Positions 9,382 through 19,593 of a stretch of 64,000 bases of DNA are shown in pieces; position 1 is the stretch's first letter; every line of letters begins with the position of its first letter. The translations under genes were made by a program, and so were the position numbers. The stretch is from the IMG/VR virus record IMGVR_UViG_3300044742_000149, positions 4,005-68,004 of that record; one strand, 5' to 3'. The stretch is from a virus. Under the pieces are notes generated by a model. The model was not told the origin of the DNA and ran no database searches. It worked only from the letters and a program-made list of their open reading frames with translations.

Positions 9382-9713
9382 AGGGCAAGGATAAAAAGGG
9401 CGTCAGCTATCGCGAGACGCTGGAAGGATTGCTCAAGCGGGCGCGCAACCCGAAAAAACGAACGGAATACGAGGCGGAACTGGAAACGGACGATTTTCCC
9501 CTTCCGCTCCTGTATTTATGGGTCGCGTTCAATCGCATTCGGCGACGCAAGGGCGGCAACGGCTTTGGCCCGTCGCCCATCGAAATGACGGATATCGACG
9601 CTTTCAACCGGCTGTCAGGGATGGCGTTCGCGCCGTGGGAGGTCGAGATGATCGAACGCCTCGACGATATCTTCCTCAAATCCCTGGCTGACGCCGCCGA
9701 GAAGGACAAGTAG
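9324..9713 (+). CDS. Tail assembly chaperone GT C-terminal part, expressed by -1 frameshift
   Basis: -1 frame open from 9321 (after TGA 9318-9320) through AGT TTT ACA; LW..F..I.RR...GFGP.PI...DI.AF......PWEV.MI..LD. Confidence 0.8.
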   Translation, partial: FYKALCDDLADFAERDFVLEGKDKKGVSYRETLEGLLKRARNPKKRTEYEAELETDDFPLPLLYLWVAFNRIRRRKGGNGFGPSPIEMTDIDAFNRLSGMAFAPWEVEMIERLDDIFLKSLADAAEKDK

Positions 9714-9718
9714 CGGCG

Positions 9719-12700
9719 GTGTCCGGCACCGAGAGAATAGTCACTGAAATAATCATCGATACCTCGAACGCCGTCCGCAGCACGGCGGAACTCGCGGCGA
9801 TCCAGCGTGTCGCGCAAAAAGCGGCGGACGACTACACGGGACGCGTCGACAGAAACGCCGCGGCGGTAAAAGCCGCCGCCGCCGCTGGCGTGGACGCCGC
9901 CTCGGCGCTCGGACTGACCAGCGCCCAGTACAAAGCGGCCGCCGCCGCGGCTGACTCGTACCGGGGCCGCCTCGATCCCGCCGTGGCGGCGCAGTTGGCG
10001 CTCACCAAGGAACTGCAACTGGCCAGTACGGCATTGTTGGGTCTCGGCAAGCAATACGCGCAGCAACAAGTCAGCGTGAAGGAGTTGGATCAGGGCACGG
10101 TTCAGTTGAAGGCGCGCATGGTGGAGTTGCAAGGCGCGATAGATGGCGTGAAAAGCGGCTCCATGGGGGCGACGCAGGGAATGAATTTCCTGAAGACCTC
10201 CGCGGAACAGGCGGCTGAAACGATCAAGCCTCTCATCGCCGCCACCAATGATCTTCGCCTGAAATACGATGATGTCTATCGTGTCACGAAACAATATGAC
10301 GCCGCCATCGACGGGATAATCGCGGCCAGGAACGCCGAGAAGATTTCCGTCGATCTGGCGTCGGCGGCGATAGCGAAAGAAACAGCGATACGAGACGCGA
10401 ACCTGGCGGCGATCAAGAAGGCGGCGGCGACGCCGGACAAGGCGGCGGAAGCCAATAAATTACGCGCCAGCATCGACCCGCTGTTCGCCGCGTTCCAGAA
10501 ATACGAGGCGGAACTTGAGCGGATCGCCGCGGTGGAGAGCAAGGTCGCCGGGATGACCACCGTGGCGACCGCGGCGCGAGACCGCGCCAAGGCCTCGTAT
10601 CAGAAGGAAGTCGAGGGGGTCATCGGTCTCGGGAAGGCACATGAGGATCTCGGCAAGAAGATGGGGGATGCCGGCGCGTCGGCGAGCCAGATGAAGTTCG
10701 CCACGCAGCAATTGACCGTTCAGATGAGCCAGATGTTTTCCGGCATCGCCACCGGCCAGCCGATCATGATCACGCTGATCCAGCAAGGTCATCAGGTGCT
10801 CGACGTGATGTGGTCGACCGGCACCAGCGTCAAGCAACTCGGCGAACAGTTCATGACGCTGGTCAACGGAGCGTTGAAGGCGATCCTCACGCCAATCGGC
10901 CTCGTGGTCACCGGGGTGCTCGCCGTCGCTGGCGCGATAGCCTACCTGGCGGTGAACGCTGAAACCCAGGCGCGGTCGTTCAACGCTCTGAAGGTCGCCC
11001 TGTCAGCGACACGCGGCGATTACGACGCGGTCGCCACCTCGATTGAGAAGGACTCACGCCGCATCGCCGCTTCGCTTGGCCTGTCGCGCGATGAGGTGAC
11101 CTCGACCATGGGAGCCATAGCGGCGCTGCCGTTGCCGGCGGGGCTGAACTCCTCGCTGGAGGACCTGACCCGCACCGCCGCGAACCTGGGAACGGTGCTG
11201 GGGACCGGGCTGGCGGGTGGCCTGAAGAATGTATCGGCGGCGCTGCAGGACCCCACCAAGGCGGCCATGGCGTTCGCCGACACGGCGGGTGGGTTGCGGA
11301 CCCTGAGTGGCGCGTTGCTGCGGAACATCATCGATCTACAGGCGGCGGGCGACAGGGTCGGCGCGACGAACATCTTGCTGGCGTCGATGAAGGCCGCGGC
11401 CAAGATCGCCGAGGAAGGCCTGACACCGCTGGAAAAGGCGATGCGCGATCTGAGTGTGACATTCGAAAAAGGCAGTACCGGCGGCAAGAATTTTTTCCGG
11501 GATCTGGGCGACGGCATCAACAGCGTCGTCGTCGGCGCGGTGAAGGCGCTCGACGGACTCGTCCAGGCGATCAATAAACTTTACGAACTGGCGAGTAAGT
11601 TTCCGTCGCTTGGCGCGGCCATCACGGGCGCGTTTGGCGCGATGCCAGGTTTGGGACCTTTCGTGACGGCGGGTGTCGGCGTCGCGAATATTTACGACGC
11701 GTTCTTTGGGCAGAATTTCACGACCAAGAGCGTGACGCCCGATAAAGCCGCGCAAATTGAACTGTGGCGCGCCGCGCCGGGAGCGGTGCGGTCGGCGGTG
11801 TCGTCCGCGGGCGCGATTGGCACCGGGCAACTCATGCCTGGCACCGCGATGGACCTTCAGGTCAATCCGATGATCCCCATGGAAAACATCAAGGGGATGA
11901 TGACGTATATCCAGCAACTGTCGAAACGTTTCTCGAGTCAGGGGGAGATCGCCGCGGCTTATCTACAGGGTCCGGCGGGCGCGGGTCTCGGTTCTCAGGC
12001 GGGTAGGACTTACGCCTGGGAGACGAACGCGCAGAACCCGTTGGCCGTGCCGAAAAACACGGCCGAGATGATCCAGTTCTGGGGCAACGCTCTCGGTATG
12101 CCGGCCGACCTCATCATGTTCGGCATGAAGATCGCGATGCAGGAGAACAAGGGGCAGCAAGGTCCCGTCAGCATCATGAGCCGGTTCGTCGATCCCATCG
12201 GCGGCGCCGCCGCCGCCGCGGCCGCCGCGGCTGGCAAGCCAGCGGAGACCGGAGGCAACAAGGACGTGCTGGCGGGCATACAGCAGATCAAGGCTTATAC
12301 CGCGGCCATCGACGCGTTGAAGGAACAGCAACGTCAACTCGACCTGGCGAGAGGGAACGGGGTAAGCGAAAAAGAATACCTCATGCGTTCGAAACAGATC
12401 GCCCTGGAGATCGCCAGGGAGACAGACAAGATGATGGAACTGAACCGCGCCACGCAGCAGAACATCGCGGTGAGCAAGGTGGCGAACGAAGCCGACGCGA
12501 CGATGCTGCGGAACCGTCAGGCGATGGAAGACAGACGCCGCAACGATCCGACCATCACCGACGCGCAGGCGAAGGACCGGCTGATCCAACAAGAAGCGGA
12601 ACTGTTGATCGCGTATAATCAGACCGACATCGAACTCAACAAGAAGATCGCCGCCGACGACAAGGCGGCCAAGGCGCAGGCGGGTGGTGCCGCCGCGACG

Positions 12701-15700
12701 ATGAAGCAAGAAGCCGCGCAAAAGGCTTTGAACGACGTGAGCAAATCCTTCGTCTCCGACAACCCCGCGTTTGTCCAGGCGTTGGCCGCGCGTACCGCGA
12801 AATATCTCGAAGCCGAGTCCGGAGCGCAAAAGATCAATCTGGAAAAGGAAAAGGTCAGAAACCAGGAAACCATCGCCGGCATCAAAACGGAAACCGAGGC
12901 GCTGCACATGCAGGTCGACGTGGGCGCGCTTTACGTGCAGCACAAAAAAGACGCCCTCGCCGTCGAGAAGGAATACGCCGGTCTGTCACCGCAAATTCAG
13001 GCCAACGCGCTGAAGACACGCGATGCCATCGCGGCGATGAATCAGGAACTGAGCAATCAACGCGCCATCGGGCAATACCTCGCCGGTCAGTTCGATACGA
13101 TGTTCAGCACCATCGGCACCGCGATCACGCAGGCGTTCGTGCAGGGTCAGGGCGCCGCGGTGAACTGGGGCAACGTCGTCAAGGGAGTCATCACTCAGGT
13201 ACAGCAAGCGTTTATCCAGCTCGCCATCATCAATCCGATCAAGCAATTGTTCCTGGGTTCCTCCATCGCGTCGGCGCCGACGCTGTCCAATGTCTTTGGC
13301 TATCTGGGTGGCGGTGGCGTGGGTGGCGGCCTGAGCGTGAATTCCGCCACGGGCGAGGTCACCAGGGACGCCGCGGGCACGAGTGGCGGCGGTAGTATTC
13401 TGAGCCTGCTCAGTAGCGGTAGCAGCGCCGTCTCGGGCGGCAACTCCCTGCTTCAAATGCTTGGCTTCAAAGGCCTGGGCGATCAACTGGGCATTTCCAA
13501 CATGTTCAGCGGGGCTGGTCTGTTCGGCTCCGGTGGCTATGTCGCGAACCTGTTGGCGACACCGTTCGCCAGCGTCAGCGGGAGCGCCACGAACGCCGCC
13601 CTCGCCGGTCTTACTCAGGCCGGGAGCGCGGCGCAGTTCGGTCCCGCGACGGCGTCCCAGTTCACCGGAGCCGGCGGTGTCATTCCCGGCACGATTGGCG
13701 GCGCGCTCGGCGGGTTCGGCGCCGGCTTCGCCGCGGGCAGTCTGGCGGGCACGGGGGTTCAGCAGTTGACCGGCAAAACCGGTTACGGTCCCGAGATCGG
13801 CGCCGCCGCCGGGGCGGCGCTGGCCACCGCCGCGGTCGCGCTCGCGCCAGCGACATTCGGCATCTCGCTTCTGGCGGCCGGCTTGCTTGGCGGTGTCGTT
13901 GGCGGCGTCGGTGGCGGTCTCATCGGTCCAAAAGCGCCCTCCGTCTTCTCATCCACCGGAATAGGCCTCGACGAGGCGGGGCGCGCGGTGATCGGCGCGT
14001 CGGTGGGCCAGGGGGTGAACACCGCCGCCGAACGGAAGCAGGCGCTGGACGACGTGATGACGTTGAATTCGTTCCTCGACACCACTGGGGTCAAGCTGAT
14101 GTCGCTCGGCGACGTGGCGCAACTCGGCAGGGGGACCGGCGCGGATAAAGCGGCCAATGTCGGCGCGGCGTTCAGCCAGTTCCGCTTCGCCCCATCGGCC
14201 ACCGATGCCACGTTGAGCGCGTATCTCTCCGGCAAGTCGTTCACCGGCCTTGAGGAGTTTGAAACCACGATCCGGGAATACCGGGCGCTGGTCGACACGG
14301 CGCTGCCGGCGTTGCTGAAAGTCGGCAAGACGACGGGAACCCTGGCTGATTCGTTCGCCGAACTGAACAAGGTGTTCGAACCGGCGGTCGGGATGGCGAA
14401 CAAATACGGCGTGTCGATCACCGAAATAATGAAAGTGCACGCGGAACAGGAAGCCAAACTCCGCGCCGCGGCGAACAAGGAGATCAGCGATTTCGACACG
14501 ACGTTGCGAATTCGCAAGCGTGTCGCGGAAGGCGGCGATCCGCGCGCCATCGAGCTGGAGTCGTTCGACAAGGCGGCGGAAGACCAGCGGGTGGCGTTCA
14601 AGGACAAAATGGTTGGTATCTTCGGCGATGCCATAACGCAAACCGAGTGGTTCGCGCCGCAGATGGCGCTGCTGGAAGAGACGCTCGGAGCGGAACGTCT
14701 CGCCATCGTTAATAAATACGTCGATCAGATCACGCAGCAAGACAGGGCGCTCGGACAAATCCACGAGAACTTCGCGATCCGGCTCATGAATGCCCGCGGC
14801 ACCGGGACCGCGGAAAGCAGGGAATTGTTCGCTTTCGACATCAACGCGGCGCGCGAGCGGATTTCGTTCAGCGAGCAACTCACGAGCATCTTCGGCATCG
14901 CCTACAAGAGCACCGCGGCTTTCGGCCAGGAGATGGCGCGGCTGGAGGAAGTACTCGGCGCGGAGCGGCTCGCGGTGATCAAGAAATACACCGACGCGCT
15001 GGCGTTGGCGGACCAGCAATTGTTCCGCGCGAACGAGGATCTGAACACGCGCATCCTCAACGCGAAGCCTGGCGAGGCGATGGCGAAAGAGCTTCGCGCC
15101 TTCGATATCAACGCGCGGCGCGAGACCGAGGATTTCACAAAGAACTTGCTGAACACCTACGGCGAGGCGTTCGCGACATCGAAGCGTTACGCCGACGAGA
15201 TATCGTTGATGGAAGAGGCTCACGGCGCGGAGCGCGCCGCGATCGTCGAGAAATACTTCGACGCCGCCAGGAAGACGGCGACATCGGCGGTCACCTCGCT
15301 GGCGAATTATGCGACCGGCTTGTCGCTGTCGCAGGCCTCACCGCTGTCGCAGCAGGATCAGCTCGCTCTCGCGCGCGGTCAGTTCAACGCCGTGTCCGGC
15401 GCGGCGGCGGCGGGTGATTTCAACTCGCTCACGCAACTGCAAAGCTATGCCGATAGCTTCTTGAACGCATCGCGCGCCGTTTACGGTTCGGGCGAGGCTT
15501 ATGTCACCGATTTCCAGCGCGTGCTCGCGGCGCTCAGCGCGGTATCCAGCACGTCGTCGGACACGTTGACGGCGTCGGTGATGCAGTCGGAGACACGCAC
15601 CCAGACCGCCGAACTGGTGCAAGAACTCGGCAGGCTGCGTGACGCGGTCAACACCGTGACGACGCAGTTGCGGCAAAACCAGACAGCCCCGGCGAGGATC

Positions 15701-15709
15701 GCGGCATGA
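9719..15709 (+). CDS. Tape measure protein with embedded lytic transglycosylase-like domain
   Basis: 1996 aa, Ala-rich helical; lambda-type QL..Q..Q...G..TGQ....L.QQG.Q segment; AVSSAGAIG.GQLMPGTA; C-terminal S.LS...QL..AR.QF. Confidence 0.95.
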   Translation: MSGTERIVTEIIIDTSNAVRSTAELAAIQRVAQKAADDYTGRVDRNAAAVKAAAAAGVDAASALGLTSAQYKAAAAAADSYRGRLDPAVAAQLALTKELQLASTALLGLGKQYAQQQVSVKELDQGTVQLKARMVELQGAIDGVKSGSMGATQGMNFLKTSAEQAAETIKPLIAATNDLRLKYDDVYRVTKQYDAAIDGIIAARNAEKISVDLASAAIAKETAIRDANLAAIKKAAATPDKAAEANKLRASIDPLFAAFQKYEAELERIAAVESKVAGMTTVATAARDRAKASYQKEVEGVIGLGKAHEDLGKKMGDAGASASQMKFATQQLTVQMSQMFSGIATGQPIMITLIQQGHQVLDVMWSTGTSVKQLGEQFMTLVNGALKAILTPIGLVVTGVLAVAGAIAYLAVNAETQARSFNALKVALSATRGDYDAVATSIEKDSRRIAASLGLSRDEVTSTMGAIAALPLPAGLNSSLEDLTRTAANLGTVLGTGLAGGLKNVSAALQDPTKAAMAFADTAGGLRTLSGALLRNIIDLQAAGDRVGATNILLASMKAAAKIAEEGLTPLEKAMRDLSVTFEKGSTGGKNFFRDLGDGINSVVVGAVKALDGLVQAINKLYELASKFPSLGAAITGAFGAMPGLGPFVTAGVGVANIYDAFFGQNFTTKSVTPDKAAQIELWRAAPGAVRSAVSSAGAIGTGQLMPGTAMDLQVNPMIPMENIKGMMTYIQQLSKRFSSQGEIAAAYLQGPAGAGLGSQAGRTYAWETNAQNPLAVPKNTAEMIQFWGNALGMPADLIMFGMKIAMQENKGQQGPVSIMSRFVDPIGGAAAAAAAAAGKPAETGGNKDVLAGIQQIKAYTAAIDALKEQQRQLDLARGNGVSEKEYLMRSKQIALEIARETDKMMELNRATQQNIAVSKVANEADATMLRNRQAMEDRRRNDPTITDAQAKDRLIQQEAELLIAYNQTDIELNKKIAADDKAAKAQAGGAAATMKQEAAQKALNDVSKSFVSDNPAFVQALAARTAKYLEAESGAQKINLEKEKVRNQETIAGIKTETEALHMQVDVGALYVQHKKDALAVEKEYAGLSPQIQANALKTRDAIAAMNQELSNQRAIGQYLAGQFDTMFSTIGTAITQAFVQGQGAAVNWGNVVKGVITQVQQAFIQLAIINPIKQLFLGSSIASAPTLSNVFGYLGGGGVGGGLSVNSATGEVTRDAAGTSGGGSILSLLSSGSSAVSGGNSLLQMLGFKGLGDQLGISNMFSGAGLFGSGGYVANLLATPFASVSGSATNAALAGLTQAGSAAQFGPATASQFTGAGGVIPGTIGGALGGFGAGFAAGSLAGTGVQQLTGKTGYGPEIGAAAGAALATAAVALAPATFGISLLAAGLLGGVVGGVGGGLIGPKAPSVFSSTGIGLDEAGRAVIGASVGQGVNTAAERKQALDDVMTLNSFLDTTGVKLMSLGDVAQLGRGTGADKAANVGAAFSQFRFAPSATDATLSAYLSGKSFTGLEEFETTIREYRALVDTALPALLKVGKTTGTLADSFAELNKVFEPAVGMANKYGVSITEIMKVHAEQEAKLRAAANKEISDFDTTLRIRKRVAEGGDPRAIELESFDKAAEDQRVAFKDKMVGIFGDAITQTEWFAPQMALLEETLGAERLAIVNKYVDQITQQDRALGQIHENFAIRLMNARGTGTAESRELFAFDINAARERISFSEQLTSIFGIAYKSTAAFGQEMARLEEVLGAERLAVIKKYTDALALADQQLFRANEDLNTRILNAKPGEAMAKELRAFDINARRETEDFTKNLLNTYGEAFATSKRYADEISLMEEAHGAERAAIVEKYFDAARKTATSAVTSLANYATGLSLSQASPLSQQDQLALARGQFNAVSGAAAAGDFNSLTQLQSYADSFLNASRAVYGSGEAYVTDFQRVLAALSAVSSTSSDTLTASVMQSETRTQTAELVQELGRLRDAVNTVTTQLRQNQTAPARIAA

Positions 15710-16080
15710 CCCCAGGCAGCCTCCCGCTCGCGCTCTATCGCGGCGATTCATCTAGCTGGCGGTTCGTGTTGTGGGCTGACACCGCGAAGACGATCCCGGC
15801 TGATCTTGCTGGCGTCGTCGCCAAAGCGGAAATCCGCGACAAACCCGCGGGGAGCAACCTGACCATGCTCACCTGTTCCATCGAAATGCCGAACGCGATC
15901 CTGGTCACACTCGATGCCACGACAAGCGCCAGACTGCCCGCCAAGGGCGTTTGGGACCTGCAGTTGACCTACCCAGAGGGGGCGGTCGCCACGGTCCTGG
16001 CGGGGGCTGTGACAGTCACCGCCGACGTGACCGATAGCGCGCCGATCGTTCGCACGCTCGTGCCGGTGCGCGCGGCATGA
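15706..16080 (+). CDS. Virion structural protein (BppU-N-like Ig fold, putative)
   Basis: L.LYRGD, DL.G....AEIR, WDLQLT...G.V.T.L.G.V.V..DVT. Confidence 0.6.
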   Translation: MTPGSLPLALYRGDSSSWRFVLWADTAKTIPADLAGVVAKAEIRDKPAGSNLTMLTCSIEMPNAILVTLDATTSARLPAKGVWDLQLTYPEGAVATVLAGAVTVTADVTDSAPIVRTLVPVRAA

Positions 16081-16568
16081 GCGACACCATTGTCGAGATC
16101 GTCACGGTCGAGGCATCAACGCTGACCATCGATGTCATCGTGCCGCCACCAGCCGCGGTCGTGATCGAGGTCGTGGCGTTCGCGGGACCGCCCATCGGCT
16201 ATCCACAACTGCCAGAGGAATTGCGGCAACTGCCGATTTCGTTTCCGTTCACCGACAAACCGGGCACGGGGACGACAGTCAACGTACCGATGGGATTCGC
16301 CGTCACCGTTCCGGTTGGGCTGGCGGGCGCGCGGACCTACGCCGGGGTCAAGCCCGCGTTTGGCTCGGTGTTCACGCTTAATCGGGTCAGCGGAGTGGTG
16401 GTGACGGAACTGGGCACCGTGACGCTAACGCCTGCCACGAATACCAGTTGCGTCCTGGCCGGTCCCGGCGGGCCGCTCGCGGCCGGCGACGTGATGCAGT
16501 TGGTCGCGGGCAGCCCGGACGCGAACGCCGCTGACATCGGCATCACCGTCATGGCGAACAGAGTTTAG
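16077..16568 (+). CDS. Hypothetical virion protein
   Basis: ATGA-coupled ORF, beta-rich. Confidence 0.6.
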   Translation: MSDTIVEIVTVEASTLTIDVIVPPPAAVVIEVVAFAGPPIGYPQLPEELRQLPISFPFTDKPGTGTTVNVPMGFAVTVPVGLAGARTYAGVKPAFGSVFTLNRVSGVVVTELGTVTLTPATNTSCVLAGPGGPLAAGDVMQLVAGSPDANAADIGITVMANRV

Positions 16569-16592
16569 CAGCCACACCCGAAAGGAACTTCC

Positions 16593-17024
16593 ATGTCCAT
16601 CGCCAACGTCACCGAGGACGCCATCCTCAACCTCATCTTCTCCGCGACCACCTGGGCCAACTACGCCAACAACGCCACGACCACGCCGGAGACGCAGATC
16701 GTCTGCGTGTTGCACACCGCCGATCCCGGCGAGACGGGGACCGGCTCCACCAGTGAGATCACCTATGCTGGCTACGCGCGCACCAACGTCGCGCGCAGCA
16801 CCGGCTGGACGACCTCGTCGGCGGGCAGCACCAGTCCGGCCGCCATCGTTTCATTCCCCATCGGAACGGCGGGCGGCACGCCCATAGCCACCCACTTCTC
16901 TGTTGGTAAGAGTGGCGGCGGCACCTCGCCCATTCTGTTTTCCGGTACCGTCACGCCGAACATCACCACCGGAAACGGCGTCACGCCGCAGTTGTCGACG
17001 AGCACGACGATCACGCTGGACTGA
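16593..17024 (+). CDS. Small virion/fibre protein (LHTADPG family)
   Basis: Strong RBS AAAGGA; E.AIL...F, LHTADPGE.G...E..Y.GYAR, I.F.G..TP, G.TP. Confidence 0.7.
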   Translation: MSIANVTEDAILNLIFSATTWANYANNATTTPETQIVCVLHTADPGETGTGSTSEITYAGYARTNVARSTGWTTSSAGSTSPAAIVSFPIGTAGGTPIATHFSVGKSGGGTSPILFSGTVTPNITTGNGVTPQLSTSTTITLD

Positions 17025-17416
17025 TGGAACACGCGGCTGAGTTCAGGCGATGTCTGATCGAGATGGACGCGCGCGGCATCCGCGCGGTCTGGAACCATGT
17101 CGCGCCCGGTATGCCGCAGCCGAAAGACGATGAGGAAGCGCTGATCGGCATTCATCTCGCGCGGCTGGATCTTCCTGGGATGACGCGGGGGCAGCGCGAC
17201 TATTCGGCTCGCTTCCTGGCCGAGAGGGAGACCGGACGACGGGCCATGGCGGTCGGGATCAGCGTCAACGCGCCAGCGCACCGAAAGACCCAGGCGTTGT
17301 CGATCCGCCATGAGATGAGCGAGGCGGTCCTGCTGTCGGTGCGCGACGGTCTCGATCTGGACACGGACGCGAAAGAAGTGACGCGGCGGATGAAGATCGC
17401 CAGGGGGAGAGGCTGA
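17024..17416 (+). CDS. Hypothetical protein
   Basis: Stop/start coupled on both sides. Confidence 0.6.
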   Translation: MEHAAEFRRCLIEMDARGIRAVWNHVAPGMPQPKDDEEALIGIHLARLDLPGMTRGQRDYSARFLAERETGRRAMAVGISVNAPAHRKTQALSIRHEMSEAVLLSVRDGLDLDTDAKEVTRRMKIARGRG

Positions 17417-17769
17417 TGGCGAAACAAATCATTATTCTGGATCGCGTCGATGAACCGTCGGACAATTCGTATAACGTCGCCTACTGGCTGACGATCCCCC
17501 CGGCGCGGGTCGCCGCGTACGCGGACCCGAACGCGACAAGTCGGTTCACGCAGGCGACCGCCGCCGAACTCCTCGCGATCCAGAACGGAGAAATCGTGGA
17601 GTATGTCGAGAAGACATCGTTCGTCGCTGGCACGGGCATTCCCGCGATCCAGGCGGCGTTGATCAACCGGTTCAACACGCTTCAGGCCGCCGCGACCTCG
17701 CGCAACCCGTGGGTCCGCTACGGAACGACGTGGGACGGCACCGCGTGGGTGGCGGGAGGAACGGCCTGA
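17416..17769 (+). CDS. Hypothetical virion protein
   Basis: Coupled ORF ending GTTWDGTAW. Confidence 0.62.
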   Translation: MAKQIIILDRVDEPSDNSYNVAYWLTIPPARVAAYADPNATSRFTQATAAELLAIQNGEIVEYVEKTSFVAGTGIPAIQAALINRFNTLQAAATSRNPWVRYGTTWDGTAWVAGGTA

Positions 17770-18269
17770 TGGCGACGGTTAGCACGCTCTACGGCGCTCG
17801 CGCGGTCCTGGCGGTGACCGCGCTGCAAAGCCTCGCGTCGTCCGCGACGGCGGGATGGAAGTCGGTGCTGGTGGACAACACCAGCGCGCTCGCGCTGGAC
17901 TACGAGATTTACGTCAGCCTGACGACGGCCAATGTCGCGCCGGCCAACGACAGGGCGATGTATGTTTATGTATCACCCGCCCATAAAGACAATGGTGGAA
18001 CGTTTCGCTACTCGGACGGCGGCACGACCACGCTACCGACCAGCGCCGACGCGGCCTATACGATCGCCAATCCAAACGATCTGCGCTTGCTCGGCGTGTT
18101 GAATTACACGACGCAACAGCAGATTTGTCAGGGCGTGTTCAACCTGTCGAACGCGGTCGGTAATTCGATGCCGCAGGGCTTTCTCGTTATCGTCGTGAAT
18201 TTCTCGGGCGCGGCGCTCTCGACCGGCTGCGTGGTCGAGGTGATGCCCGTCAACCAAACGGTCACGTAA
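17769..18269 (+). CDS. Hypothetical virion protein
   Basis: ATG at 17769 overlaps upstream TGA; beta-rich. Confidence 0.65.
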   Translation: MATVSTLYGARAVLAVTALQSLASSATAGWKSVLVDNTSALALDYEIYVSLTTANVAPANDRAMYVYVSPAHKDNGGTFRYSDGGTTTLPTSADAAYTIANPNDLRLLGVLNYTTQQQICQGVFNLSNAVGNSMPQGFLVIVVNFSGAALSTGCVVEVMPVNQTVT

Positions 18270-19045
18270 TGGGATCGTTCCTGTTCAACCCGCCGCTCGG
18301 TGCCCGGATCAACTGGAGTCACCCGATCAACCGGGGACTCGTTGGGTGTTGGCTCATGAACGAGGGCGGCGGACAGGTCTATCGTAACCTCGCGGGCAAT
18401 CGAGGCGCGACCGATGGCGTTGGGATCGGCAACCCCGTGCCGGTCATGAGCCCTTACGGAAGAGCGATGTTCTTCGACGGAGCCACCCAGTACGTGGACA
18501 TGGGGTCCTCGATCCCGTTTGACTCGGACAACTGGTCGATGGCGTTGTGGTTCTATCAACCGGGGGGGGAGGGACCCAACAAACGATATTTTAGCTACTA
18601 CGGCGATGGCCCGACCCTGTGGCAGGGAGGGACCACGTTGCAGATAGTGCATTCAGGTGTCGCGGATTTCAATACCAATATCTTACAACTGACCAAACAG
18701 TGGCATCACGTCGTGGTGGCACGCGCTGGCCCCGCGATCAGGGCATATGAAAACGGCAATCTGACGGCGTCGAACGACTCCTTTACCGTTATCTTCAGCG
18801 CCACGAATGGTCCGGTTCACCTGGGTCACTCAAACGCGTTCAATGAATATGGGCTGTGCGGCATGGTTCGCCCCATGCTCTACAACCGCGCGCTTTCTCA
18901 GCAAGAAGCCCAGTTGTTATACGTCCAACCGTTCGTCGGCCTGAACAGCGGTCGTTCGTTTGGCCTGAACTCCCTTCCGTCGTCAGCGCCGTCAGCGCTT
19001 CACCGACGCACCCTGGGTCAACGCACTGGATCGAGGGCCGCCTGA
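18269..19045 (+). CDS. LamG/concanavalin A-like domain protein
   Basis: GLVG.W.MNEG.G, FDG...YV, WHHVV, Y.NG, YNRALS..E. Confidence 0.85.
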   Translation: MGSFLFNPPLGARINWSHPINRGLVGCWLMNEGGGQVYRNLAGNRGATDGVGIGNPVPVMSPYGRAMFFDGATQYVDMGSSIPFDSDNWSMALWFYQPGGEGPNKRYFSYYGDGPTLWQGGTTLQIVHSGVADFNTNILQLTKQWHHVVVARAGPAIRAYENGNLTASNDSFTVIFSATNGPVHLGHSNAFNEYGLCGMVRPMLYNRALSQQEAQLLYVQPFVGLNSGRSFGLNSLPSSAPSALHRRTLGQRTGSRAA

Positions 19046-19587
19046 TGGAAGGTTTTCTGAAACAATCCACCGCCGTGACCGTGACGATCCTGATGATCGA
19101 CAGCGGTGATCATATCACTGGCAAAACGGGACTGGCGGCTGGCCTGACGATTTATTGCAGCAAGGCGGGTGGCACGCCCACGAACGCCACGTTCACCACG
19201 GTCGAACTGGACGCCACCAACTGCAAGGGTCTTTACAGCCTGGCGCTGACCACCGCCGCGACCAACACGCTCGGCGAGTTTCAGTTGCACATCACCGCGG
19301 CCGGCGCCGACCCGACCGACCTCAAGTGGCAGATCGACGTGGCGACACCGGGTGACATGGTCGCCTTCGCCGACGCGCTACTCGACCGTAACATGGCGAC
19401 CGGGACCGACAGCGGCTCACCCACCGTTCGCACCGCGCGCCAGGCGTTGCGGGTGCTGAGAAACAAGGTCGATGTCACCAGCGGAACGATGACGGTGACG
19501 AAGGAGAACGACACCACGGCGTCGTGGACGGCGGCGGTGACCTCCACGCCGGGAGCTGATCCAGTCACGGCAATCGATCCGGCGTAA
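19045..19587 (+). CDS. Hypothetical virion protein
   Basis: ATG at 19045 coupled; D..DH.TG.TGL, ELD.TN..G.Y.L.LT. Confidence 0.65.
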   Translation: MEGFLKQSTAVTVTILMIDSGDHITGKTGLAAGLTIYCSKAGGTPTNATFTTVELDATNCKGLYSLALTTAATNTLGEFQLHITAAGADPTDLKWQIDVATPGDMVAFADALLDRNMATGTDSGSPTVRTARQALRVLRNKVDVTSGTMTVTKENDTTASWTAAVTSTPGADPVTAIDPA

Positions 19588-19593
19588 CAGCCG

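Noticed and set aside
9407-15223. Long minus-strand ORFs opposite the tape measure and other structural genes
   Set aside because: Expected stop-poor antisense frames in high-GC coding DNA
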